Source: Okamejei kenojei (taxonomy: Eukaryota). Taken from it: a stretch of 64,000 bases of DNA. Of this stretch, positions 45,480 through 57,980 are shown one piece after another. Location: assembly GCA_035221665.1 (NCBI GenBank), contig CM069147.1, positions 45,012,001-45,076,000 on the forward strand, read 5' to 3'. Below the pieces are notes generated by a model that did not search any database, was not told the DNA's origin, and saw only the letters and a list, made by a program, of their open reading frames with translations. Within the stretch, counting starts at the first letter, position 1, and the number at the start of each line of letters is the position of its first letter. Both the position numbers and the translations under genes were made by a program.

Positions 45480-46940
45480 AGTAAGGAGAGAGAAAACAGG
45501 AAACTGTAGACCAATTAACCCGACATTAGAAATATGAAAAATGCTGAATTCTATAAATAAGGAAGTGGTAACATTTAGAAAATAATAATTGGCCTAGGAA
45601 AGTCAATGTGGATTTATTAAATGGGAATTGATTTTGACAAAATTGTTGGAGTTTTTTGTGTTTGTAACTAGCAGAATAAATAAGAACAATGCATTTGATC
45701 CACATATAACTATTTACAGAAGGCTTCAATAAGGTACCACAGGAGAAATTATTAAACAGAATTAAACTGCATGGTGGTGGTGCCTATATACACTGTGGAT
45801 AGAGAACTTAGTTAGTGAGCAGAACAGAGAGAGTAGAAATGATCAGAACGTTGATTTCAGGTCGGGGGCCGAGTGGGGTATCAAGCGATCATTGCTGGGG
45901 CTTCAGCTGTTCATACACTATAATGGTTATCTCGATCAGAACATTTAAAGCAGTGTATTCACACATATATACATGGTGGAACCCGGCCCGAAAAGTCAGT
46001 CTGAAGAAGGGAGGCAATCTGAAACTTCACCCATCCTTTGTCTCCAGAGAAGCTGCCTGACCCGCTGAGATACTCCAGCACTTTGTGTCTATCTTTGGTA
46101 TAAACCAGCATCAGCAGTTCCTTGTTTCTACTCTACATGTGGTGGTGTGGGTTGTGACAAGGAACTTCAGAAAGACATTACGTGGAAAATAATGTGGGGA
46201 GAGTGTGAGGTTATCCACTTAAGGAAAAAAAAAGAAAGGCTGGAGAATTTTTACATGAGAAAAGATTACAAAGTGTTGATGTTGAGAGGAGCATAGATGC
46301 CCTTGTACATGAGTCATTGGGAGTTTACATGTGGTAAGGAAAGCAAATGGAATGGTTGTCATTATCGCAACAGGAATGAAGAGCAGGATTAGAGATGTTC
46401 AGCTCCAATTAGAGAAGGCCCTGCTGAGATCAGATGTGGAATATTGTGCATGGAGGTTGTCACGCCCTCTGAGAAAAGGCAAACGGGATCGAGGGAATGC
46501 AGCAAAGATTCAGCAGATCGATTCCAGGGATGTCGGGTGCGATCTCTGCTCCTGAGATTAAAAGAGTGAGTGATGATCGCATTAAAAACACACTAACTTC
46601 CTAGTGGGCTTAACAGGTAGATGTGCGTTTGAAGGGGAGTCTGGAACCAGGGTTACAGTATCAAAATAAGAGGTTGAACATTCAGGAATGAGATGAGGGA
46701 AAATTCCTTCACAAAATACTGGGATTTTTTCGACGGCTTTGGAATCTGAGTTGCTGATTTTACAGAAGACAAGAGATCAGTAGATTAGTAGATAGCAGGA
46801 CAATCATAGGAAACAAGATTAGTGCAGAAAAGTGGTGCTGATGCAAAAGATTAATCATGATCTCATTGAAGATTATCTATGATCTTATTGAATGGAGCAA
46901 GCAGAGGTGCTGAATGACCCAAAATACTGCTTCTGCAATA
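45480..46940 (+). mobile_element. Decayed CR1 LINE (RT to 3' end) interrupted by a PLE fragment (about 45995-46131)
   Basis: Remnants acagaaggcttcaataaggtaccac (QKAFDKVPH-like), VRKANGM...SDVEYCAW, and 3' UTR tgaatggagcaagcagaggtgctgaatgacc. Confidence 0.7.
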
Positions 46941-46959
46941 ATTCTTCTTAAATTCCTGC

Positions 46960-47085
46960 ACAAAAAAAACAAACTGCCTGAGAGACTCAGCTGGCCAGGC
47001 AGCATCTAGAGAGGGAAATGGACAGACTACGTTTGGGGTTGGAACCCTTCCCTTTGCTCCAGATTCTGGCATCTGCCGCCTCTGC
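46960..47085. mobile_element. Older PLE terminal-repeat remnant
   Basis: actcagctggccaggcagcatctagagagggaaatggacagactacgtttggggttggaacccttc, then ccagattctggcatctgc. Confidence 0.55.
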
Positions 47086-47629
47086 GCAGTAGTGTGTAAG
47101 CCGTACATCCAGTCAGTGTTAGTGGGGCAACAGCACCTTGTTTCTTCATGGTATGTGGATCTTGGTTTGGGCTGTGAACGTGACGTACAGCTGACCACAT
47201 AACATAGAAGGGAAGGCAGCGGGGTTACCTTATCAGTCCTAAATCAGGAAAATGTTGGGGTATTGTGTCCGTGTTAATGTGGGCAAAGGAGGAAGTCTTA
47301 TTTTGCTAAAATGGTTCTCATTGAAAATAAAGTAATAATTAAAACATTTCACAACATTGCCCAGCCCATTATTTGTCATAACCAGTCACTGAGTTCAATT
47401 TGCTTCTGAACTTTTTTCTTAGTTTTAATAGCTAATTCTGCATGGCAATCCATTTTAGCTTTATAATATTACCAGCAGCGTTAAAAAGTTGCTCATTAAA
47501 GTATACTTTCAGCTTTGTTTATGCATAATTAAACTTATGTATTGATGAGCCCGTGCAAAAAATTAAATAAGCATCTTATCGTTGCTCAGCCCCGAACCTG
47601 TGATAACCTCCACAAGCAGATGCTTTTCT

Positions 47630-47720
47630 AGGTAAAGCACAGAGGGCTGGAGGAACTCGGCAGGTCTGGCAGCACCTGTGGAGGGAATGACAGGGGACTT
47701 TTTGGGTCAGGACCCTTCTG
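47630..47720 (-). mobile_element. Older PLE terminal-repeat remnant
   Basis: gctggaggaactcggcaggtctggcagcacctgtggagggaatgacag...gggtcaggacccttc. Confidence 0.6.
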
Positions 47721-49769
47721 TGTATTCTGCTTATAAAGCACAGTTAAGATCAGAAATGCAATAACTTTGAGAGATTTTTTAAACTTAGCTGTAACTTCTC
47801 ATAAAGTGATATTTACTCTTTAGACCAAACCAACTCCACCCAAGGAACTATGAACTGCATTTCAACTTAAAAATTTGTGCTGCCCTTTAAAACAAATGAG
47901 TTACTGGTAAAAGAAGGAAGAATATGTAATTGGAAAACTGCATGGTCAACTACATTGACTACTATATTCACTAAATTCTAAAAATGAGCAAACTATGATT
48001 TTAATAAAGGTGGTTTGTAACTAATCTTAGTATAAAAATACTGAGGAAAGAATGAAATGAGCTGCGTGTTTTTGTTTAATGTAGTGATGGTACTTGAACT
48101 AACCTTGCTAATGACACCTTCACACAAACATAATGGTTAGTCTGCCTGAGGATGAGGTCATTGACTAATAATTGGAACTTTGTTGAGAATATACTTTAAT
48201 TAGCGAGCGGATGCACTACACTCATAAATTAATGATTTGTCTGTCTAATTCTTATTGTCGGCATTCTTTAGTCTCTTTGGAACCCGAGCTGTGAAAGAGG
48301 AGAGAGAGCAGCTTAGTGGTCTGCCTGTATCATTACACGTCAACACAGATCCGGAGGTGAATGTCTAGACATTATTCTAAGGCACGTATATGGTACTTTA
48401 AAGGTAGCTTTGGGGCATGTTTGAGAGATTAGTCTCTTTAACATGTCCAGTTTTATCAGAATATCTGTTTAAAGTGGGAGGGGTCATTTTTTTATTTACT
48501 TTATTTGGGTTTTCCCAGATAGGATGCTACTTGCAGATCAGTCAAGGCTGAGGTAAAATAATTTAAAGGAAAGGTGATCTATTTGGCAAGCTGCAGTAGT
48601 ATGCTTAAAATATATATTTCTCTTTGATACCCTGATATCTATTTTTGTGGGCAGTGGTAAATAAATTACTGGTATGGAGAGAGAGTATTAATAGTGTCTC
48701 GATGATATCATTGCAGGAGTAATGATCAAGGCCAAAATTATACTTTTACTCATGGTGGAAATATATTTTGCACAGCTCGCCATATTTTTTTCAAAATATC
48801 TCTAGAAATTTGTGATGTGACGTGACTCTGGAGGAGCCTTTGATTGAAGAGAATGTCGGGGAACACTGGGCATGTGACTGCACTTGTTGTGGGGTGGTAG
48901 CGTGTTGTTTTGAGTATATTAGCTCACGTTTAAGCGTTACAAAGTACAGTGGTCCCCAACCCCAGCCTATGTCCTAAACTCTGAATTGTGAGGAGCCCAG
49001 ATACAGATGAATGGAGAGTTTTGGTGCCATGCATAAAATCTAAGAAATAGTCCGCTCGAAAGGTTAAAGTCCAACAGAGCATGTTACTGTGAAAATGAAG
49101 CTGAGGGATTGATTGTAAACAGTGAATGGAATAATGAAGAAAGAATGTAAGTTCTCATTTTCAGAAAGCATCGTTTTGTTTCTCTACTAATTAATATAAA
49201 CACCCTGTTAATGCACAGCCAGAAAACTTCCGTCTTATTGCTCTTCTGTGACTCAGGCTTTCATGACCCACATCACTAGAAGCTTTATTACCATACTGTC
49301 AGTAGTGTGCCATGCCTAGTATGTTTTGAATGTCACAATATTATATTAAGGAAACTCACAAACAAAGTTTTTGTTCGTGCGATGAAACTATTTTATATAA
49401 CACATTAAAAGTTAAATGAAGAACATAATATGAAAGTTTGTAAAACCGGTGAGTTTTATTTATTAAAGTTATAAAACCAACTGTGTTGCTAAACTTAACT
49501 GCAGCTCCCTACAAGTTCCACGTAGTGTTACTTGTAATGGATGCTTTACTTTTGGTTTAGATCCCATTTGATAATTGATTAGTACAATTCCAGCAACCAG
49601 AATTAAGGTAGTTGTTATAGATACAGACGCAAACCAATATAATGTGCTTAAAGTAACATCCTTGTTCATATTCCAAAGTACCTTGCTGAAGAAATTTTGC
49701 TTCCAATTATCAATTGTTACTCCAATCTCTAAAAGAAACATTGAAGTATTACTCAAGATTTAAAAAAAA

Positions 49770-49860
49770 CTTTAGATGCTGGAAATCTGAAATAAAACAG
49801 AAAATGCTGGAAACAGACAGCAGTTCAGGCAGCATCTGTGTAAAGATAAAATGATTAAGA
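49770..49860 (-). mobile_element. Older PLE terminal-repeat remnant
   Basis: agatgctggaaatctgaaataaaacagaaaatgctggaaac...caggcagcatctgtg. Confidence 0.6.
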
Positions 49861-50749
49861 GGTTCGAAACTCTTAGCAGAAATATTAGGCAACTAGGATT
49901 CTATAGTATCTCTGTTTTTAGGATCACTTCTGATGGTTGTACAATTCATTCTGAAGAATAAATTGAAAGAATCCCACGACTGAATAACATGGTTTCTTAA
50001 AGAATGAAATATAAGTAAAATCACTGTTTTCTGTTAGAAATAAGATCAAGAAATTGTGACCTTTTTTTGGAGACTACTCACTTGCATGAAGAAGCAAATT
50101 TAATGTTTTAATCTTCTAATTTGGTCACAGCTAATTAACATACAGTAGGCCTTGACTCTTAAGATAAAGGGCTAGCCATTGGTCTTTGAAGTTAAAATGA
50201 TGATGAAAAAGCTTTAAAATCCTGTTGTTTTGATTTAATGCCAACACATTTCATGTTATTGGTGATCTTTTTCTAAAACTTTATTTCTGGCGTGCTCTTT
50301 TGTGTGGTTAGCACGTAAATGGATGCTAACTATTGAAGACATTGTTGTCTTGGAAATGATTATTGAATTTTAAACCTTTCCTTGTTAAGCTTTCAAGTTC
50401 TGTCATTAATTCAGTATCTTTGTGCAAGATTTCCACAGCATATGTGATGTTATTTCATCACAGTGGCTTAAACAAAACGTCGTTTGCTATTCAACAAGGC
50501 ACAGTAGGGTCCAGTATTAAACATTTCATTTGGTCTATATGTGTAACCTAACTCTTTGGAAATTTGCTTGTAAATTGTATCTGTGCCTTCTTCACTTTTT
50601 GTTTAAATTTCTCTGCATCTTTAATGCTCGATAAATTTTCACCAGTCTGATTGATTATATCCATTGGCTTAAAGTATCTCAGAATTGCATTTAAATAAAA
50701 TTTCAGGGAGTAAATGGAGGAGAAAATAAATATCCCATAACAGTGTTCA

Positions 50750-50980
50750 TTGATAGGAAAGGTTTAGAGGAAAATGGTCAAGCATGGGCAAATGGGATTA
50801 GCATAGAAAGGTCCAAAGAAGGGTTTTGACTAGAAACCTATTCCTTTTCTCTAAATATGCTGTCTGACCTGCTGAGTTACACCAGCTTTCTGTGTCTATC
50901 TTCATCATAGATAGGCATTTTGGTCAGAATGAACGTTATGGCGGAAGGGCTTGATTTCGTGCTATATGACCCCATGACTG
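50750..50980 (+). mobile_element. CR1 3' tail interrupted by a PLE fragment (50812-50903)
   Basis: gataggaaaggtttagagg...gcatagaaagg [PLE] catagataggcattttggtc...gaagggcttgatttcgtgctatatgac. Confidence 0.65.
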
Positions 50981-52792
50981 TACAAATCTCCTTGATCTTT
51001 ACATAATAATAAAAATAAATTGGAACCAGTTCCTAGCCAGATATGGAGTTGGTAATAATCAGCAAAATGATAGTTCAGACATAGAATAACTGATGCCTGA
51101 GGATTGTCCACTATGCTCTTCCACTCGTCAACGGACTAGAAACATCTACAAGGTCCTGAGTGCTCCTACCGATATCTACAGTGCATCTGAGCAGATGAAG
51201 GGTGAGGCAACGCAGCTTCTAGCTCCCACACTTTTTGGAACTACACCAAAGCAGGAGAAAGCTGAAAGCCATCGTAGTCAAAAGAGCAAAAACACAGGGC
51301 CACATTTTTTGAGAGGAAGGAGCATTTGGGAAAATGGGAAGAAAAGACAATAATGAAAAAAGAATGAACGACGATGAACATATTCCTTCAGAACTAGTAA
51401 TAGGGAGCAGTATTCCTTCAGGACAGTCGACGTGGTATTTGGTTGATCAAGACCATTTTGGCAAGTAGGGTTGTAAGGTGAGGAACACTGATCTTTTTTA
51501 TAATGCGCCCTGTTTCACTTAGCATAGTTAGGTTGAATTTGGTTGCTTGAATTCCATAGTTTAGAAGAAAAATACCATAGGCAGTAAGGGAATGAAACCA
51601 GGCTGCTGTTCCTTTGAAAATAATTTCAACGTGCAAGAGAAGACCGATGTATTGCACAGATTGTGCACTCTCACCCTCTCACTGTTGGTCAATCGTTATT
51701 CTTAGAGGCAAGTTTATAACACAGGTTGCTTGCTGCATTCATGTGCATAACAGCTGTATGGAATGTGATCTGCCCATTAATCTCTCATTGTGTCTCCCCC
51801 CCTCCCAATTTTTTTTCTTTTCGCAACAGGATAACAGTGAAATGCCACAGATGTAAAAGAAATAGAATTTCACATATGTAGCTGAGGACTGGAATGATAT
51901 TTCACCATGAGGAAGGGTCTCTCGTCCCCCCTTTAACCTCAGGCGGGACCATCCCATTAGTTTATTTTGTATCGATTACCATCAAGTTACTTGAGAAAGG
52001 CAAGGAGGGAAGTTAGAAGCAGTTATAGGCAGTTGCAGTATAAGCAGTACTAGGGGATCTTTAAAAAGAGGGGGAGTATACATTTCAATTCTGAAAGAAT
52101 TAACAATTAAATATTTCTGTACCCATTTACTTCCATCTTCATCTCATTGATTAATTTTGGTCCTTCATTTCCCGAGTCTGGGGTTTGTGCGGCCTTGCGA
52201 TGCATTGGACCTTTCTCATGTAATACTAACAATTTTTTGCTTAATTGTTGGCTGCTTTCGCTCTGCAAGCCTGCAGTCTATAAATCATCTGCCGTTGTGC
52301 GCTCATGTTTTCTGCATTTTCGTTCCTAGGCAGCCGAAAACTGTTTGAAGATTACATCCTTTTGTAATAAAGCTCTCCTGTGGTAGAAAGATTGTCATCT
52401 GGTTTTCATTGTTGCTCTGGAAAATATCCTTCACACCTTGTTTTCTCATCAAGAAATATTCTTTTAAATATTTTTTTTAAATGAATACAGTACCTTTATA
52501 GGAACCATGTGATTTGATTTAAGAGAGAAGGTCATTAAAATTGCAGGTAAGCAGAAGGGGGTTTGTGAATTCCTCTCTTTTTTTATTCACAAGACACAGA
52601 TGGTTGAAAAAAGGTCAGACAACTCTCACTTCAGTGGTTTCACACATTTGCATTTTATAAAAAGCAGCAGGTAACTGTACAGTAAGCGCCGTAGTCAGAT
52701 ATATAAATAATGTTTACACTTCCATTGGATGAAGGGACACCGTCCTCCTTGCCAGACTACTTTAACCCTTTAAAAATATTGTGTGATGTACA

Positions 52793-52920
52793 ATCAGTCT
52801 GATAAAGGATCTCGATCCGAGAAGTCACTTCTCCATGCCCTCCCCAGTTGCTGCCTGCATCCTCGAGTTCCTCCAGCACTTTGTCTTTTGCTCAAGATTC
52901 TAGCATCTGCAGTTTCTTAT
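52793..52920 (+). mobile_element. Older PLE terminal repeat
   Basis: atcagtctgataaaggatctcgatccgagaagtcac...gagttcctccagcactttg...agcatctgcagtttctt. Confidence 0.65.
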
Positions 52921-53354
52921 GTAATCTGCAATAATGTACCTATTCCTCTAACTACCCATGTCTCCTCTTCTTCAGGCTAAGACCCTGCTGACATTCACAT
53001 TGCCTTGAATGCACTCCAGGTTCTGATGGGCCTGTGGATCTATGTCCCAGTCACGTCCCAGCTGTATACATTGGTGCCAATTTAATATCTTTATCAAGTT
53101 AATGTACACATTTAAGGTGAGCAGATTATTATTGCTGGAGCTCGCTTTATTTACTTTAAACTGGGCAGAGTAGAATATGGCACTTAACAGAGCAACCACT
53201 TGGGTTCCATATCGTCAATGAAGTTTTGAAGAAAGCTGTGGATGTTTAATGGTTCCAAGCGTAATGCTTCTTTTGGTGAAGTTGAATGTCACGAGGAATG
53301 GAAGGTGAAGATAGTTTATGTGAAGTAGATGCATGAATTCTACTTTAATGCCAA

Positions 53355-53695
53355 GGGGCACAGGTAGTAAAGCTGCTGCTTCAACTCACTGCTCCTGAGA
53401 CCTGCATTTAATCCTGACTCCAGCAGAGTCTGTGTGAAGTTTGCACTTTCTGCCTGTGACTATATAGGTTTGGCTGGGGTGCTCCGGTTTCCTTCCACAC
53501 CCCAAAAGCATGTGGGTTGTTAAATCAATACAGTGGCCACTGTACATTGCCCCTGGTGTGTAGTTTAGGTTTGGAATCCAGGAGGAAGGTGGGGCAAATT
53601 AACTGGGATTAGCATAGGAGACTTGTGGATGAGTATTTGATGGGCGACTCACAGCCGCTGGGCTGAGTGGCCTGTTTCCATTCTGTGTAGCTCTG
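53355..53695 (+). mobile_element. Diverged V-SINE
   Basis: tctgtgtgaagtttgcactttctgcctgtgact...gtgctccggtttccttccacaccccaaa...gggctgagtggcctgtttcc. Confidence 0.65.
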
Positions 53696-54263
53696 GCTTA
53701 ATGAATGAGCTGCATATTCCTGTATATATTCAATATTCCTGTCAAAGACCGCAATGAAAAATCAGCAATGCTTTTTTCCATGCTTAATAGCATAAAGGTT
53801 CTTTGTTTTAAAAAAAAAGCTCTTTAGATTGACTGAGCTCTTCTGTGTCGGGCAGAAGATGGTTCTCTGAGGGGCCATACATATTAGCACAAGTTCTAGG
53901 ATACCGGTCTTAATAGGACTGTTAATAACAGGCTGTGGTGATCGATATCTCCCTCCGTGGGGCTTGCTGGTTGATGAGGGTTGGGTTATTGCAGTGCAGG
54001 TAAGAAAGGAGGAATGTAAGGTGAAGAAAACCTCTGTGAGGCAGGACATGAATTTTATTTTGGGCATTGTGATAAAAGGTGTACGGGGTTTGTTTTTTTT
54101 TTCTCGTCTGCCTGCTGTTCATACTATGCCCTTCATGTGCTGTACTTTAATTGCCAGACCACTAAGAACAGATACCACGAAAGATCACGGACACTTTATT
54201 GCATTTTATGTGGTTCACCCATCATTGTGGATTTCCACTTCCCAGTTCCATTCCCAGTGTTAA

Positions 54264-55200
54264 TTGTGGCTCAGTTGGTTGCTCAGAGTTTGGTTTATGG
54301 GGTGCAAGTCTCACTCAAAGTGAGCACAGAAATGTCATTTGGCCTTGCAGTATATCACTGCACTTTGGAAATGTAAAATTTGGAGAAGACTGTAAATTGG
54401 GGATACGTTTAGTCTCTCTCGAGTGGATGTACATGTTGCTATGTTGAATTTTAAGGAAAGTGAGGGTGATATTTCGAACATAGAATGCTACAGCACAAGA
54501 ACAGGCCCTTCGGCCCACAATGCCTGTGCTGAACACAGTGCAAAGGAAAAATCTCATCTGCCTGCACATGATCCATATCCCTCTATTCTCGACATATCTA
54601 TGTGCCTATCTACAAGGCTCTTCACGCCACTATCATACCTGCATCCACCACCATCCAAGACAGCACATCCCAGGCATGCGCCACCCTCCATGTAAACAAA
54701 TAACTCACCCCGCATAACTCCTTTAATTGTTGCCTCTCTCACCTTAAAACTATTTTCTCCAGTCTGTGAGACATTTCCACCCAGGGATAAAGGATTCTTA
54801 TTGTTTACCCCAACTTTGCCTCTTGTAACTTTATATACTTTTATCAGGTCTCCCCTCAACATCTGGCATTCCAGATGTTGACAGAAAAAACAAACTCTGT
54901 CCAACCTGTCCAACCAGGCGAATATCTTGTAATCCTGGGACAGCATTCTGGTAAAATCCTTGATGCCCTGGCTAATCAACTCTCACCAACTTCACCAACA
55001 AATGGTGCTCATCAACTTCACCAAAAGAGCCTCTTTCATAATAATATTTGCCGTGGGAGCTTGCTGTGTGCAAATTTGCTGTTGAGTTTCCATTCCAAGT
55101 GTGACTACACTTCAAAAACAATGCTTCATTAGGTGCAAAGTGCTTCTGGGCCTCCTGGGCCTGTAAACAATGCCTACATCGGTGCTAGTCATTTACTTTT
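54264..55200 (+). mobile_element. Deu-domain SINE (SacSINE1-like) split by a CR1 fragment
   Basis: tRNA-like head tgtggctcagttggt...gtgcaagtctcactc, then after the insert tttgccgtgggagcttgctgtgtgcaaatttgctg...gtgactacacttcaaaa...cttcattagg. Confidence 0.6.
54475..54965 (-). mobile_element. CR1 LINE 3' fragment
   Basis: Minus ORF remnant LRGDLIKVYKVTRG; tail aacatagaa...acaggcccttcggcccac. Confidence 0.75.
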
Positions 55201-56416
55201 CCTTTCTCCCGTATCTGAGGTTAGAGGCTGCAAGCGTGAGAACTGGGGAAACGGCTGTCACATTTAGCTATAGCACTAAGGTCAGGGTAACATGTGAATT
55301 AATGTAAATACTACTATAAATACTGTTATCTTTTGAAGTTTGCGGTGTGCCTGCTGTGGTTGCTAAAGCATCCTGTGGCCTAACATATATGAACCTCAGA
55401 CAAGATAATGGCTGGGTTTTGAAATACAATTTAAGCAACAACTATCTACGTTGCATTAGAGGAATTTGTTTTATTTTCATTGCTTTATACTATGGCAATC
55501 TTTACATTATTAATGATGGAGGCCAATGTGTAGGAAGGAACTGGCCAAAGCATGTGAGCTGTCCCTTTAAATCTAACTGGAGTTGGAAATGGAGGAAGAT
55601 TTTTGAATTCCGAAAATGTTGTTCTCACCCTGACCTGGTGCTTAAGAAGAGGTCCGAGTGTACCTTTGAGGGTTCAATCGGATGCTTGTTAAAAGACCAT
55701 TTAAAAGGAAACATGTACCAGTTCCAAGCAAGGAGTCTGCCCCATCTCTATGAGGGATGTGCTCGCAAGCCAAGGGCTTTAAGGGACTTAGGGCAGGAGA
55801 AGATTGGTCCCTGAGGAAAGAGAAAGTGCAGTCAAACATGAAATCCTGAAATGCTTCAGCCACTTCACCTTTGCATTTAGTGCTTGTCCCAATGCTTGTT
55901 TAATGTGTTTAAATGCCTATTTTCTTTATTTAGAAAGATACAGATTCGAGTTTGAGTGAAAATTAATTAACTGGCTTTTGGGATACTGTCCACTGATGCA
56001 AAATATACTTAAAAACAGAGTTAGTGAGTGAACCCGACAATTTAATCCAGTCAGTTTCATAGGTGGGGGAAAAAATAGGCACTTTACCAGCAAATCCTGT
56101 GGTTGAAAAAGTTTCACCTGTGAACGTTTGGGGAACACAATGAAACGAGGTTGAAGTGAAAGAGATGATCAGAAATAACCTAGATAATTTTGTTTTTGAT
56201 GAACTTTGCGAAGGAATGCTGTGAAAATTATAATGAACAATATTCAGAAAGCAACCTTAGAAATCATGGGTAGTAGGGTTTTCTTTGTCTTGCGGGAAAG
56301 GTTGCTGCCGTCTCTGTGGAGCAGAACCAGCCACTTCAAATGTGCTTTTGCCAGATCTGTGGGGCTGATTCCTGCGAAAACCAGAATAAATGCTTTTACG
56401 AAACGGTAGTTTTAAT

Positions 56417-56779
56417 GTCGAGGAAGGAACTGCAGATGTTGGTTTAAACCGAAGGTAGACACAAAAAACTGGAGTAACTCAGCGCGTCAGACAGCATCTC
56501 TGAAGAAACGGAATAGGTGGCATTTAGTGTCGAGATGCTTCTTCTGAAGAAGGGCACTTTTGAAAAATGTCACCTATTCCTTTTCTCCAGAGATGATGTC
56601 TGACCCGCTGAGTTACTCCAGTTTTATGTTGAAGAAAGAACTGCAGATGTTGGAAAAATCGAAGGTAATGCTGGAGAAACTCAGCGGGTGAGGCAGCAAC
56701 TATGGAGAGAAGGAATAGGCGACGTTTCGGGTCGTGACCCTTCTTCAGACTTCTTCTCCAGTTTTATGTGTCTATCTTT
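56417..56779. mobile_element. Compound PLE: palindromic copy with a second-subfamily copy (56631-56751, minus) nested in its right arm
   Basis: Inner TSD ctccagttttatgt (56616-56629, 56756-56769); outer TSD agttttaatgt. Intact minus-strand hammerhead core at 56721-56748. Confidence 0.8.
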
Positions 56780-57639
56780 AGTTTTAATGTTGATACTTGC
56801 TGTCTTTTGAAATTTACAATCAATATCAATGTTTTTTTTTAATACTGTATTATTTCTGAAATAGTTGTAGAAACAATTGTGTTTAGTTAGCACAAATATT
56901 CACTAATTAGGAACCCTCCCGAATGGAGTCTGACTTTTATATTATGCAACCAGATAGTGCTACAAGTCTTGTTTGTGATTTGTAAGGAGTGGGCGTGCTG
57001 ATATTTGAAAACTGTGGTTGTCTTTTAGAAGCTTTGGCCTGAAGGAGGTGGTTTTAAAGTGTCTGTGCTTCTGCCAGGGAAGCAGTGTTACTGTTTTGCA
57101 AGTGAACAATATTGAGATCCCTCATACGTCTTTACCATGCAAATAAATATATAATGACCAGTCTGACTATTTGATGAAAAGTACAAATCGCAGAAGATAA
57201 TTTATAAAATCAATATTGCAAATATATTTTATCACATTGTTAAAATATAATCTATATTTTAAATTGAAGTTTTGCCAAAAGTCAGTTCCAGCGAACGATG
57301 AGGCAGCAATTTTTAAAGATTTATTTTGTGGTTATTAAGATGAGGGCTGTCAGTGCCGCTGAATAGGATATTTTTTAAACGTTTTTAGCATCCGATGTCA
57401 ATATCAACATCAAATATTTCCAGATTAAATACAGCATTGTTAACCACAACAGTGGAGTTTAACTTTGCCCAATTATTTCAGGATCAACACTAATGCTCTA
57501 CCAGTGTGGCATTTCCTTTCCCATCTCTGACATCCCTTATGCCTCCATAGATGAGTTTAGCATCCAGGCGATAGTTGGTGCCAGATTATTGAGATTGTTG
57601 AGCTGAAGAGCCACAGGACTTGGAACACCACAGAGTGAT

Positions 57640-57980
57640 AGAGTCATGGAGTGATACAGTGTGGAAACAGGCCCTTCAGCCCAACTTGCCCACACCGGCC
57701 AACATGTCCCAGCTACACTACGCGTTTGGTCCATACCCCTCCAAAAAAGTCCTCTCCGTGTGCCTGTCTAACTGTTTCTTAAATATTGGGATAGTCCCAG
57801 CCTCAACTACCTCCTCTGGCAGCTTATTCCATATACCCACCATCTTTTGTGTGAAAAAGTTACCCCTGAGATTCCTATTCAATATTTCCCCCTTCATCTT
57901 CAACCTATGTCCTCTGGTCCTCGATTCACCCACTCTGGGCATGCGACTGTGCATCTTCCCGATCTATTCCTCTCATGATA
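57640..57980 (-). mobile_element. CR1 LINE 3' fragment
   Basis: Minus ORF PRVGESRTRGHRLKMKGEILNRNLRGNFFTQKMVGIWNKLPEEVVEAGTI. Confidence 0.85.

Noticed and set aside
55347-55814. 155-aa ORF and other 60-160 aa intronic ORFs
   Set aside because: Non-ATG or weak starts, no domain signatures and no supporting splice structure; expected by chance.
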